Below, piece after piece: positions 37,375-46,868 of a stretch of DNA of 64,000 bases (position 1 is its first letter; every line of letters begins with the position of its first letter). The position numbers were made by a program, and so were the translations under genes. Source of the stretch: a bacterium (GTDB taxonomy: Bacteria; Hinthialibacterota; Hinthialibacteria; Hinthialibacterales; Hinthialibacteraceae); NCBI GenBank assembly GCA_963662285.2, contig CAXXMV010000006.1:1056001-1120000 (forward strand), read 5' to 3'. The notes below the pieces were generated by a model. That model did no database searches. It worked only from the letters and a program-made list of their open reading frames with translations, and was not told the DNA's origin.

Positions 37375-39456
37375 TTAAGGACGAATTGGTAAATTGAGAG
37401 TAAACAGAGCACCTTTTCCTGGTTCACTTATAACCGCTATACTACCCCCATGCTGTTCGATAATACTATATGAGATAGATAATCCTAAACCGGTTCCTTC
37501 ACCTACCGATTTTGTCGTGTAGAAAGGATCAAATATTTTCTCTTGGATATCAAGGGGGATTCCTTTGCCGTCATCACGAATTTCCACTACGGCCTTATCA
37601 TCATCCCGGTAGGTCGTGATCCAAACATTGCCCTGGCCTTCAATGGCCTGTTCTGCATTCGCTAATAGATTCAGGAAAACTTGATTGATCTGCCCAGGGG
37701 AACATTGCAGGAGAGGAATGTCGCCGTAATCTTTATGGATGGTTACATGTTCTTTGTAACGGTGGATCAGCAAATTGAGAGAACCATCGATTGCTTCGTG
37801 GATATCGTAAACTGAACGATAACTCTCATCCACGCGAGAATACTGGCGCAGATCAGCCACAATCTGCGCGATACGGTTCGAGCCATCGTCAAAAGAGCGA
37901 ATCAGTTTTTCCACATCATCTTTGGCGTAATCCAAATCCGCTTTGCGATAGGCCTCATCGAATAGGGAGCGAAGTTCATTGGGCAATTGTTCTTTTCTTT
38001 CGTATATGTCATCCACAATATTCTTATATCCAAACAAGTATTCTTTTAAGGAAGGGATGTTGCTTTTAATGAAATTGCTGGGATTATTGATTTCGTGGGC
38101 GATTCCCGCAACCAATTGCCCCAGAGAGGCCATTTTTTCCGAACGCAGCAATTGTTCCTTGGTGCGTTGAATCCGGTCATAACTTTTATATAGCATGATA
38201 AAAAGCCCGGCGGCGAATATTAAGATAAACAGGAACAACGTCATTAACCAAACGCCCGACATCTGCATGGGGACTCGAATATTAGCGGGCAAGGTTTGCA
38301 AAAAACGTTCAATGGAGTGGTATTGATCTTCATTGATAGATATGAGAAGAACGACCATTACGAAAAGTACAAATCCCTGTGTGAGAATCGGGAAGAAAAA
38401 CCAACAAGAACGGCTAATACTGAAATCCTGCATTTTTCTTTGACTTAAATTATCTCTATCTTCCATGGGATTTGATAGAAACATGAAAATCAATAAACAG
38501 TAGAGTCCGGATATTATAGCAAATGCAGCGCTTGGCCCGATTCTCTCTGGAATTTGGATATTGAGAATAATATCTGAAATTCCTATAAGACCTCCACATA
38601 AACCAGCCAGGAACAGGGTAACGGTCAATAATTCACCCTGTGGCATTTTTCGCAAGAACCCAGTTTTCGATTTCATTCCATAGAAGAGAGTTCCCCATAA
38701 AAGAACAATCAAACCTAGTAATACTGGATGGTGATCTGCTTGGATAAGATAGTATCCGAGTGCAAGCGATATGAAGATTCCTAGCCCGAATCCCAGTCGG
38801 CGCCATTTAATAGCAATCAAATATACCCACAGGCTGGAGCCAAAAACCAATAACAAGGAAGGCGTATCCACAAAATCCAAAATGCTGCTTCCCAGTAGGA
38901 TAGCCAATAGAAATAAGGTACTTAAAAGAATGTATCCTATGGAAACCGGAACGAGCGAACGTCTGACTTTCGTCTCATGGCAATGTTTCTTGGTTATTGC
39001 TGACGATCTGTTCATTAATAAAGCGGGGATCGGTAAAAGAAGACAAAAAGCAATTGAATATAAGAAAGTCAGCATACTTACGGCCAACGAAGCGGCAAGA
39101 TAATCCAAACTACTTAAACTACCGAGTATCTGAACGATCCCGATACTGTTTCCCAAAGCTCCGATAATCAGTAAGTTACGAATGACGCAATGCCAAAAAT
39201 AATCCCGATAAAACCGATCCTGTTTCGGTGACCGCCGATCAATCAAACTCGATGCTGCTTCTTTCATATCCCGAATCGAAAATTGGGTCCAGGTTAGTAA
39301 AAATCCACCTCCCAATGTCATGGTTAAAGAGGGATAGTCAATAAAAGACATAAATCCCACATCAAGAAACGCATAGCTGATTAATATCCCCACTAGCAGG
39401 ACAAGAAACAGAATAGCCAGGATAGCTGGAAAAAACCTTTGAAGCTCAGTATTCAT
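37375..39456 (-). CDS. Multi-TM histidine kinase with two tandem MotA/TolQ/ExbB-like membrane modules
   Basis: FIDYPSLTMTLGG...GALGNSIGIVQILGSL...LAVSMLTFLYS and FVDTPSLLLVFG...GLCGGLIGISDII...IGPSAAFAIISGLY; kinase motifs AHEINNP, NLLANAEQAI, GTGLGL. Confidence 0.8.
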   Translation of the reverse strand: MNTELQRFFPAILAILFLVLLVGILISYAFLDVGFMSFIDYPSLTMTLGGGFLLTWTQFSIRDMKEAASSLIDRRSPKQDRFYRDYFWHCVIRNLLIIGALGNSIGIVQILGSLSSLDYLAASLAVSMLTFLYSIAFCLLLPIPALLMNRSSAITKKHCHETKVRRSLVPVSIGYILLSTLFLLAILLGSSILDFVDTPSLLLVFGSSLWVYLIAIKWRRLGFGLGIFISLALGYYLIQADHHPVLLGLIVLLWGTLFYGMKSKTGFLRKMPQGELLTVTLFLAGLCGGLIGISDIILNIQIPERIGPSAAFAIISGLYCLLIFMFLSNPMEDRDNLSQRKMQDFSISRSCWFFFPILTQGFVLFVMVVLLISINEDQYHSIERFLQTLPANIRVPMQMSGVWLMTLFLFILIFAAGLFIMLYKSYDRIQRTKEQLLRSEKMASLGQLVAGIAHEINNPSNFIKSNIPSLKEYLFGYKNIVDDIYERKEQLPNELRSLFDEAYRKADLDYAKDDVEKLIRSFDDGSNRIAQIVADLRQYSRVDESYRSVYDIHEAIDGSLNLLIHRYKEHVTIHKDYGDIPLLQCSPGQINQVFLNLLANAEQAIEGQGNVWITTYRDDDKAVVEIRDDGKGIPLDIQEKIFDPFYTTKSVGEGTGLGLSISYSIIEQHGGSIAVISEPGKGALFTLNLPIRP

Positions 39457-39572
39457 AGGCTTTCTTTCCTTTTCAATATTTAATGATCGATAACATAAGT
39501 ATCCCTAAGCGTTAGTTGCAGCATTATTTATAGCAATATTGACAATCATTGAAATATAAAGACAATTGCATA

Positions 39573-40649
39573 TTATTCGTATTCTTTTGTAAGTTTTAAA
39601 ATCTCATCCAAGTTTTCACAAAAGAGATCAGTTAAATCTGGATCAAAATGCTTCCCTTTTTCCTCTCTTATAATTTCAATTACTTTCTCATGAGGAAAGG
39701 CTTCTTTGTAAGGCCGCTTACTGGACAGAGCATCATAAACGTCCGCAAGCGCGCATATTCGGCCAGAGAGTGGAATATCTTCCCCCTTAAGCTGCTTTGG
39801 ATATCCCTTTCCATTCCACTTTTCATGATGGGAAAGGGCGATTATTTCCCCGGTTTGGATCAATTCAGAGGCAGAATCATTCAAAATACTGGCGCCAATC
39901 GTCGTATGTTTTTTAATGATTTCATATTCATCAACTGTTAACTTAGCGGGTTTAAGAAGGATATGATCGGGAATTCCAAGTTTGCCTACATCATGCATGG
40001 GACTGGCGAGTCGTATCAATTCAACATCATTTGCAGGAAGATTGAGTTTTAGGGCTATAAACTCACAGATCAAGCTAATTCGTTGTATGTGATTCCCTGT
40101 ACATTCATCTTTATATTCGGCAGCGATCACCAAACGCCGAATAGTATCTAAATGAGCTTGATGAGATTGTCGCTGGGCTGCGACCATTTCGTCGAGCGCT
40201 TTGCGCAGTGAAGCCGTACGTTGGTCGATTTTTGCTTCGAGTTCTTTTTGATAAATTTTTATAGCATCCTGCGCTTCTTTTTGTCTCAACAAAGAAGCCG
40301 TACGAATCCGTAATTCTATTTCATCAACAGGTTTGCAGATAAAATCACTGGCCCCCGCTTGCACAGCGCGAAGTTGATCTTCTTTTGATGTATTGCCAGT
40401 TACAACGCAAATAGGGATATCACGAACATCGGCGTCTTCCCGGATTCGCCGAACTACTTCAAAACCATCCATTCCGGGCATTTGTATATCGGTTAAAACC
40501 AGATCGATATCGAGTTTTACTTTGGCTAAAGCTTCGAATCCATCCTGAGCGGTTTCCGTTTCATGCCCGTGAAAATTCAAAATCGTGGCAAGCATATCAC
40601 GCAAGGCCTGTTCGTCGTCAACAATCAAAATACGTTTGGGAGAAGCCAT
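39573..40649 (-). CDS. Response regulator with HD-GYP c-di-GMP phosphodiesterase domain (RpfG-like)
   Basis: REC (ILIVDD, TDIQMP, KP); HDVGK; HHEKWNGKGYP; DVYDALSSKRPYK. Confidence 0.93.
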   Translation of the reverse strand: MASPKRILIVDDEQALRDMLATILNFHGHETETAQDGFEALAKVKLDIDLVLTDIQMPGMDGFEVVRRIREDADVRDIPICVVTGNTSKEDQLRAVQAGASDFICKPVDEIELRIRTASLLRQKEAQDAIKIYQKELEAKIDQRTASLRKALDEMVAAQRQSHQAHLDTIRRLVIAAEYKDECTGNHIQRISLICEFIALKLNLPANDVELIRLASPMHDVGKLGIPDHILLKPAKLTVDEYEIIKKHTTIGASILNDSASELIQTGEIIALSHHEKWNGKGYPKQLKGEDIPLSGRICALADVYDALSSKRPYKEAFPHEKVIEIIREEKGKHFDPDLTDLFCENLDEILKLTKEYE

Positions 40650-40911
40650 GAAATCCTCGGAATCGCTTTAATATAATGGATTATAGAATTCACGCCAATT
40701 GAGTTGCAGCGCCCCTTTTTATTTGTACAAAACTAACGGTCAAACCTTTGCGTAATGCAAATCAAGGGTGGATATCAATTTTTGGACTGCAATTAATTGC
40801 TGTCGAGAGATAGTCGCTCGAATTCCATGCTTAGATTCTCCCATAAAAAAATATGCTTGTCTATTGATCATATACCAATCTACTTCTGGTAATCGCTCTT
40901 ATTATGTTTTT

Positions 40912-42105
40912 TTAATTCGACTTAATTGGCAGTGACACAATAAATTTCGACCCTTTACCCATTTCGCTCTCCACCGCGATTCTTCCCTCATGTTGTTCAA
41001 TAATGCTGTAAGAAAGAGAAAGGCCCAGGCCAGTACCTGAACCAACCGGTTTTGTTGTAAAGAAGGGATCAAATATCTTGGATAGATTCTCTTTAGGAAT
41101 ACCAACGCCATTATCACGGATAGTAATTGTGATATTATTATCCTGATATCCGGTAAGCACCCAAATATCACCTCCGCTCTGATTAAATTCTATAGCGTTC
41201 TTGAGGATGTTAAAAAAAACTTGATTGATTTGACCGGGAGAACAGCGAGTCAGCGGGAATGATTTATATTCTTTATGTATGTTTATTTGATCTTTATAGA
41301 GAGGATAAAGCAATGTAAGCGACGAATCGATTGCTTCTTGAATATTGAAGGAAGAATAGTAGTCATCATCGACTTTGGAATATAGACGAAGATTATACAG
41401 GATACTGGCTATGCGATTTGAACCTTCATCAAAAGAGTCAAGAATTTTTTTTATGTCATCTAAATCATAATCGATCTCTTTCATCTTTTGCGGCAGATTT
41501 ATTTTTTTTAATACATCTTCAGGAATCTTTTGTTGATTATCAACAATAATTTTTACAAAAGAAAACAAATCCTGAATATCTTCCTTAAGCGGTTGTATAT
41601 TGCTTTTAATAAAGTTAACCGGATTATTAATCTCATGACACAATCCCGCAACAAGTTGCCCCAGAGACGCCATTTTGTCGGTTTGTATCAATTGCTGCTT
41701 TCGTAATTGGATCTGTTCTTCCATGCTTTTACGTTCTAGAACCCGGTTCAGGACTTGCAACAGATAATCCAAATCCAACGGTTTGGTAACAAAATCCGAT
41801 GCGCCGTTTTTCATGGCTTCAATAGCGCGTTCAACTGTCCCATAGGCTGTCATTATCACAACCGGGATATGAATTTTACGTTTTTGCAGTTCTGCTAACA
41901 GTTCAAGGCCATTGATTTCAGGCATCATGATATCAGAAATAATAATCGACGGCGTGCAGCTTTCTAATTTCGTTAATGCATCGGATCCATTGGATGCCGT
42001 GATTGTTTCAAAACCTTCCAACTCAAGAAAATCGCAGAGACTCAAACGGATATCTTCTTCATCGTCAATCACAAGCAATGGAATTTTATGTTCGATATCT
42101 CTCAT
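40912..42105 (-). CDS. Hybrid receiver-histidine kinase
   Basis: LVIDDE, SDIMMP, KP; [19 protein letters not shown]; GTGLGL. Confidence 0.92.
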   Translation of the reverse strand: MRDIEHKIPLLVIDDEEDIRLSLCDFLELEGFETITASNGSDALTKLESCTPSIIISDIMMPEINGLELLAELQKRKIHIPVVIMTAYGTVERAIEAMKNGASDFVTKPLDLDYLLQVLNRVLERKSMEEQIQLRKQQLIQTDKMASLGQLVAGLCHEINNPVNFIKSNIQPLKEDIQDLFSFVKIIVDNQQKIPEDVLKKINLPQKMKEIDYDLDDIKKILDSFDEGSNRIASILYNLRLYSKVDDDYYSSFNIQEAIDSSLTLLYPLYKDQINIHKEYKSFPLTRCSPGQINQVFFNILKNAIEFNQSGGDIWVLTGYQDNNITITIRDNGVGIPKENLSKIFDPFFTTKPVGSGTGLGLSLSYSIIEQHEGRIAVESEMGKGSKFIVSLPIKSN

Positions 42106-42108
42106 GGT

Positions 42109-42477
42109 TTACTCCTTATCAATAAGATGTCTGATAGCAGAGAGTAGAAAATCTTCATCAAAAGGTTTGAGCAATACCTCATCAGCGCCCAATTTCCTGG
42201 CTAGTTCTCTCGTTCCTCTTTGAGAGGAGGCGCTGACGATCACAACCGGTAGGTCGGGATGATTTTTTTTAATCCTTTGGAGCACTTCTATACCATCGAT
42301 GCCCGGTAATTTAATATCTAAAATAACCAGATCGGGAATTTTGGTTTCCAACCAGATCAGTGCATCTTCACCGGTTCCCACCAATTCTGAGGCATAGCCC
42401 TCAAACTCCAGCAAGTCGACCATACTTTCAGCGAGTTCCAGTTCATCGTCTACGATTAAAATTTTTGTTTCTGACAT
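42109..42477 (-). CDS. Single-domain response regulator
   Basis: ILIVDDE, LDIKLP, VSA, KPF; 122 aa. Confidence 0.92.
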   Translation of the reverse strand: MSETKILIVDDELELAESMVDLLEFEGYASELVGTGEDALIWLETKIPDLVILDIKLPGIDGIEVLQRIKKNHPDLPVVIVSASSQRGTRELARKLGADEVLLKPFDEDFLLSAIRHLIDKE

Positions 42478-42486
42478 AATTACTCT

Positions 42487-44088
42487 CTATTTAGGTTGAA
42501 TGGGTAAATTCAAAGTAAAAGTTGATCCCTTGCCCAATTCGCTTTCAACTGCCAGCGATCCTTCATGCATTTCTACTAGTTCTTTGACGATCGAAAGGCC
42601 CAGTCCGCTGCCGATGGCGCATTTTTGCGATTCCGCCGTACGGTAGAAACGTTCCCAGATTCTCAATCGATCCTGGGCTGACATACCAATTCCCGTATCA
42701 GTTATAGATAAAACAAGGCGATGGTTATCATTTCTCGTTAGGTTGATAATTACACGGCCATTTTCCGGTGTGTATTTGATCGCATTCCCTATCAATTCTC
42801 CCACAATGCGTTCCATTTTACCAGCATCAACCTTAATCTTGTACGAATCATCCTGGATTACTTTTTGCAGAGTGATTTTCTTTTGATCGGCGGCGGATTG
42901 GTTTTCTTTCACCACATTCTTAACCAGTGTATCGAAGGGCGTTTCGGTTTTTTCAAGAATCATCCTGCCGGACTCTATGCGATTCAGATCAAGAACATCA
43001 TTAATCAGATTGGTCAGACGGTTGACGGCTCCTTGTGCGCGATCCAGGACGTGTTGTTGTTTATCGGTCAGGCCTCCGCCCACACCGCGCATGAGATTAT
43101 CCAGATTGAGTTTTATGGTGGTCAGCGGCGTGCGCAGGTCATGCGAAGCTTGCGAAACAAAGACCGATTTCATCCGGTCCAGTTCCATCAGTTTTTCATT
43201 GGCCTGGACGAGTTCTTCATTGGCCTCATGCAATTCAGCCGTCCGCCGCTCGACCCGGTCTTCCAGTTCTTCACGCGCCTTGATCAAAGCGGTATCCCGT
43301 TCCTGTATCTGATCCAGCATATCGTTGAACACGTGAATTAACTGGCCGATTTCATCATTCCCTTGCGATTGAGCGCGAATGGAATAATTGCCTTGGTTGG
43401 AAATACCTTCCGCTGTTCTTGATAAAAGCAATACCGGTTCTGTAATCATACGCATCAAGCGCATTGCCAACAAATATGCTAATGTCAAAGATACAATTAA
43501 CACAAGTATGGTTATAAAAATAATATTAATTAATCGTCTGTTTAATTCTGTCAAATCACAGATGATTTCCATTTTGCCTTTGTGAATTGACGATCCATCC
43601 GAATAATCAAATAATTTTGATACTTGAATATAATCACGGGAGAATCGATAGTCGTGATCTTCGTGATCCAAGGGGGGGATATTATATACAGGTGTTTTTA
43701 CTAATTCTTTTAAGTCTTCAACGATTTCGGGCTTAAAATCCTGAATCGGCGAATTGATACTTTCTCCCTCAGTAAGCGCCCGGTCATATAAAGCAAAAAT
43801 TTCACGATCTTCACGAATGTATAGTCGGGCGGCAATGATTCTTTTATCTTTTCCAAGTTTCTCTAGAATATCGCATGCATCCTTTGGTACATTAAATTCA
43901 AGAGGCGCTTCGCAAAGAGAACACATAATTTCCGCTTGGATTAATAATCCGGATGCCATTTCCTTCTTAATCACTTCTTTTTCATAAATAATAAACATTA
44001 AAAAAGCCAGCAGCGCTGCCAGGCTGCATGATAAGATTACGATTAACGAGAGTTTTCGTTTTATGGACCAATCGCGTATGGGTCTCAT
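42487..44088 (-). CDS. Sensor histidine kinase with CHASE8-like (YfiN-type) periplasmic domain and HAMP
   Basis: SIKRKL-TM; QAEIMCSLCEAPLEFN...ACDILEKL...IIAARLY; HAMP (GNYSIRA...DEIGQLIHVFNDML); SHDLRTPL; GSGLGL; directly after the YfiR-like gene. Confidence 0.88.
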   Translation of the reverse strand: MRPIRDWSIKRKLSLIVILSCSLAALLAFLMFIIYEKEVIKKEMASGLLIQAEIMCSLCEAPLEFNVPKDACDILEKLGKDKRIIAARLYIREDREIFALYDRALTEGESINSPIQDFKPEIVEDLKELVKTPVYNIPPLDHEDHDYRFSRDYIQVSKLFDYSDGSSIHKGKMEIICDLTELNRRLINIIFITILVLIVSLTLAYLLAMRLMRMITEPVLLLSRTAEGISNQGNYSIRAQSQGNDEIGQLIHVFNDMLDQIQERDTALIKAREELEDRVERRTAELHEANEELVQANEKLMELDRMKSVFVSQASHDLRTPLTTIKLNLDNLMRGVGGGLTDKQQHVLDRAQGAVNRLTNLINDVLDLNRIESGRMILEKTETPFDTLVKNVVKENQSAADQKKITLQKVIQDDSYKIKVDAGKMERIVGELIGNAIKYTPENGRVIINLTRNDNHRLVLSITDTGIGMSAQDRLRIWERFYRTAESQKCAIGSGLGLSIVKELVEMHEGSLAVESELGKGSTFTLNLPIQPK

Positions 44089-44098
44089 TTTATCACCT

Positions 44099-44716
44099 TC
44101 ACTCTCCCTTGTTTTTAGGCAATGCAGATTTCAATAAACTGGAATTTACTTTGAAATTCGATCGTTTGGCCGCAGCGAGATTAAAGATATAGCGGATGCG
44201 TTTCTTTTCAACCTTAAATTCAATATGTCCATTCGCATCATCAGTAAAGCCTTCAAAATCGCCAATGTATAACGTGGGGAAACCTTTCGATTTTTCATTA
44301 AGCGCTTGTAAACCACTGCGATCTTTGCCGGTTATTTTTTTCAGAACATCCTCGGAAGGAATCAACAAAATATGACAAGTCCCGAAATCGTTCAATGAAG
44401 TAACCTTCTTGGTTATGATTTTACGATTTTTTGATATTTTAGCTTTCAAGTTTTTGTCTCCATTGATCAGTTTCGCGGAGTCATTAATCAACTTCAAATA
44501 TGTATTTGCCTTGGAATCATTTCCTAACAGACCGATTACAATTTCCGGCTTATCCGCAGAAAAGGCTTCTGCCGGCCATTCAATGTATTTAATGAAATTG
44601 AATATATAGGAACTCTTTATTTCAAAAGGAGTGCGCTCCTGCGAATACCCGGAGGATGCAGTAAGTACCGCAATCACTATTAATCCTATGTGAGATAATA
44701 ACCTGTGTTTCATCAT
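44099..44716 (-). CDS. YfiR / DUF4154-family periplasmic regulator
   Basis: Signal peptide; EIKSSYIFNFIKYIEWP; CHILLI; IEF...RIRYIFNLAAAKRSNFKVNSSLLK. Confidence 0.88.
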   Translation of the reverse strand: MMKHRLLSHIGLIVIAVLTASSGYSQERTPFEIKSSYIFNFIKYIEWPAEAFSADKPEIVIGLLGNDSKANTYLKLINDSAKLINGDKNLKAKISKNRKIITKKVTSLNDFGTCHILLIPSEDVLKKITGKDRSGLQALNEKSKGFPTLYIGDFEGFTDDANGHIEFKVEKKRIRYIFNLAAAKRSNFKVNSSLLKSALPKNKGE

Positions 44717-44744
44717 TGTTTTAGAAATTTATCCTAAAGATCCC

Positions 44745-46823
44745 TTAAAAGCGATACGTCAGTTTTGCGTAAACGCCGCGTTCGACTTCGGAATATTTTG
44801 TATACCAGCCATTTGCTTCATGCGTCTGATCGTCGAGCAAGTTAGTTCCAACGACGCTTATTTCAAAGTTGTCGCTTGGCTTCCACCCTAATCGTATGTC
44901 CAGTCGCCCGTGTTGTGGTATCCGCCAATTATTGATTTCATCGATCCAGTAATAGGAAGCATCCAACTTCACGTCCCTCGTAATATCGAAATAGGAGTTG
45001 ATTTTAATTTGATGGTGAGGTGACGAATCCTCAAGGAAGTAAAAAAGCAAATCGTTTGAATTGTTCTTGCGGTGCAACTGAATTTCCAACGCCGAGTAAC
45101 TGGTCGTTAGTTTCCAATAATCGGTGATCTGCGCGTTGGCGGCTAATTCCACGCCATAGGTTTCTCCCGTGATATTATTGTGACTATACCCATCCACAAT
45201 ATAATACATAATAGGATTTGTATATAAAGTTGGATTGCTATAGTCGCCGTCGATTGTAGCATAATCATCAATCAGAGTGTAAAATGCAGAAAGATCGAAA
45301 GATAACTTCCGCGACGCTTGCAACCTTTGACCTAGTTCAAAAGATAAAATGCTTTCTGATTTTAATCGATCACCATTTTGTAACTGCAATAGCATGGGAA
45401 TCATGCTGCCTTGATAAGGATAATCAAGCGTATACATGAAAAATTCTTCATCACTATGTCCCTTGTAATAATGTTGAGCGGATCGAGCAATGGACGCCCA
45501 AAGCGTGTATTGTTCGTAGGGAGTATAAATTAATTTAACGCTGGGTTGATAATCAAAATCGGAATAATCGCTATACTGAAACTGCGAGCCGTACAACAAC
45601 CTCAGTTTATCTTCAACGATTGTGAAATTATCTTGAAAAAATGCAGTAAATGTTTGATCATTGGAATGTAATGGATCATACGTACAAAATCCATTATGTA
45701 TATCATCGGACACAAGCCTATATCCACTACCAACGATGAAATCATGATTGGGAAATGGAGTAAACTGGTATTCAAAATCGGTCTTAAAAGTATGATAATT
45801 GACGTTCACAACTATATCGTGATCTAACGAAAAATAATCGTAATAAGTTAGCCATTTCATCCTGGAACCATCGTCATAGGCGTGATCCCATTGAACCAGG
45901 AAATCGAGATTTTTTTTATCTTTTTCATAACGATTTTTTACTTGATATAATTCAGGGGGGATATATACATTCGGCCAAGACACCCAAACGTCGTCTTTAC
46001 GCGCATCGCCTTGAAAGGTCAATGCGTCCTGCTCGGAAAGTTCCCAATCAATGCGAAAACCGGCATGTCCCAAGGACCAATCATCCACAAAATCCTTTCC
46101 ATCGACCGTATTATTACTGTCGACGTCCTTATAAGCACCGTAAACTCGATAGAAGGCATTTTCGCTTATTTTCCCGCCATATCGAAAAACGCTTTTGTAT
46201 AAGTCCGTCCCTGCGACGCCAGAGATAAGACCTCCTTGCGAGTATTTCGCATGCTTTGTAATAACATTAATAACGCCATTGCCTGAATTCGTTCCCCAAA
46301 GCGTCCCCCCCGGTCCTCGAATGATTTCAATTCTTTCTATGTCTTCCAAAGGATAGTCCTGAATACTCCAGAAAACTCCACCCCAATTTAAATAGTTCAC
46401 TTGACGTCCATCGATTAATACCAAAAGATCGACGCAATATTCGTTCGCCAGACCTCTTGAACTGACTAGCCATGTGCTGGAATCAGCATTACCAACGAAC
46501 AATCCGGGAACCATGCGTAATAGATCGGGGATGTTAGTGGCGGCGGAGCGGGAGATATCCGTGGCTGTTATGACATAGGCGGCAGCGGGGGTTTCCCATA
46601 CTTTCTGTGGCGTCTTGGAGGCAAGCGAGATATATTCTTGAATAATGATTTCCGACAGTTCATCGATATCTTTCAGAAGCAGTTCCTTCATGCCGCTTGA
46701 TGAGTCCTCTTCGACTGCATCAACAGGAAGAGTGAAAAGAATGAATATAATCGCCAGGCAAGCGATTTGCCGCAATAGCTGGTTAACGCTAAATAGAGAA
46801 TTTTTTCGTATAGTTTCATCCAT
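44745..46823 (-). CDS. TonB-dependent receptor, array copy 6
   Basis: Plug motifs TPAAAYVIT, LVLIDGR, IERIEIIRGPGGTLWG; C-terminal KLTYRF. Confidence 0.92.
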   Translation of the reverse strand: MDETIRKNSLFSVNQLLRQIACLAIIFILFTLPVDAVEEDSSSGMKELLLKDIDELSEIIIQEYISLASKTPQKVWETPAAAYVITATDISRSAATNIPDLLRMVPGLFVGNADSSTWLVSSRGLANEYCVDLLVLIDGRQVNYLNWGGVFWSIQDYPLEDIERIEIIRGPGGTLWGTNSGNGVINVITKHAKYSQGGLISGVAGTDLYKSVFRYGGKISENAFYRVYGAYKDVDSNNTVDGKDFVDDWSLGHAGFRIDWELSEQDALTFQGDARKDDVWVSWPNVYIPPELYQVKNRYEKDKKNLDFLVQWDHAYDDGSRMKWLTYYDYFSLDHDIVVNVNYHTFKTDFEYQFTPFPNHDFIVGSGYRLVSDDIHNGFCTYDPLHSNDQTFTAFFQDNFTIVEDKLRLLYGSQFQYSDYSDFDYQPSVKLIYTPYEQYTLWASIARSAQHYYKGHSDEEFFMYTLDYPYQGSMIPMLLQLQNGDRLKSESILSFELGQRLQASRKLSFDLSAFYTLIDDYATIDGDYSNPTLYTNPIMYYIVDGYSHNNITGETYGVELAANAQITDYWKLTTSYSALEIQLHRKNNSNDLLFYFLEDSSPHHQIKINSYFDITRDVKLDASYYWIDEINNWRIPQHGRLDIRLGWKPSDNFEISVVGTNLLDDQTHEANGWYTKYSEVERGVYAKLTYRF

Positions 46824-46868
46824 AATTCATTCTCCTGACATTGCTTCATTTTACTATTACAAAAATCA

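Noticed and set aside
40650-40911. c-di-GMP riboswitch upstream of the HD-GYP gene
   Set aside because: I could not find the GGCAAA/GAAA/GCAAAG/CAGCC core pattern on either strand.
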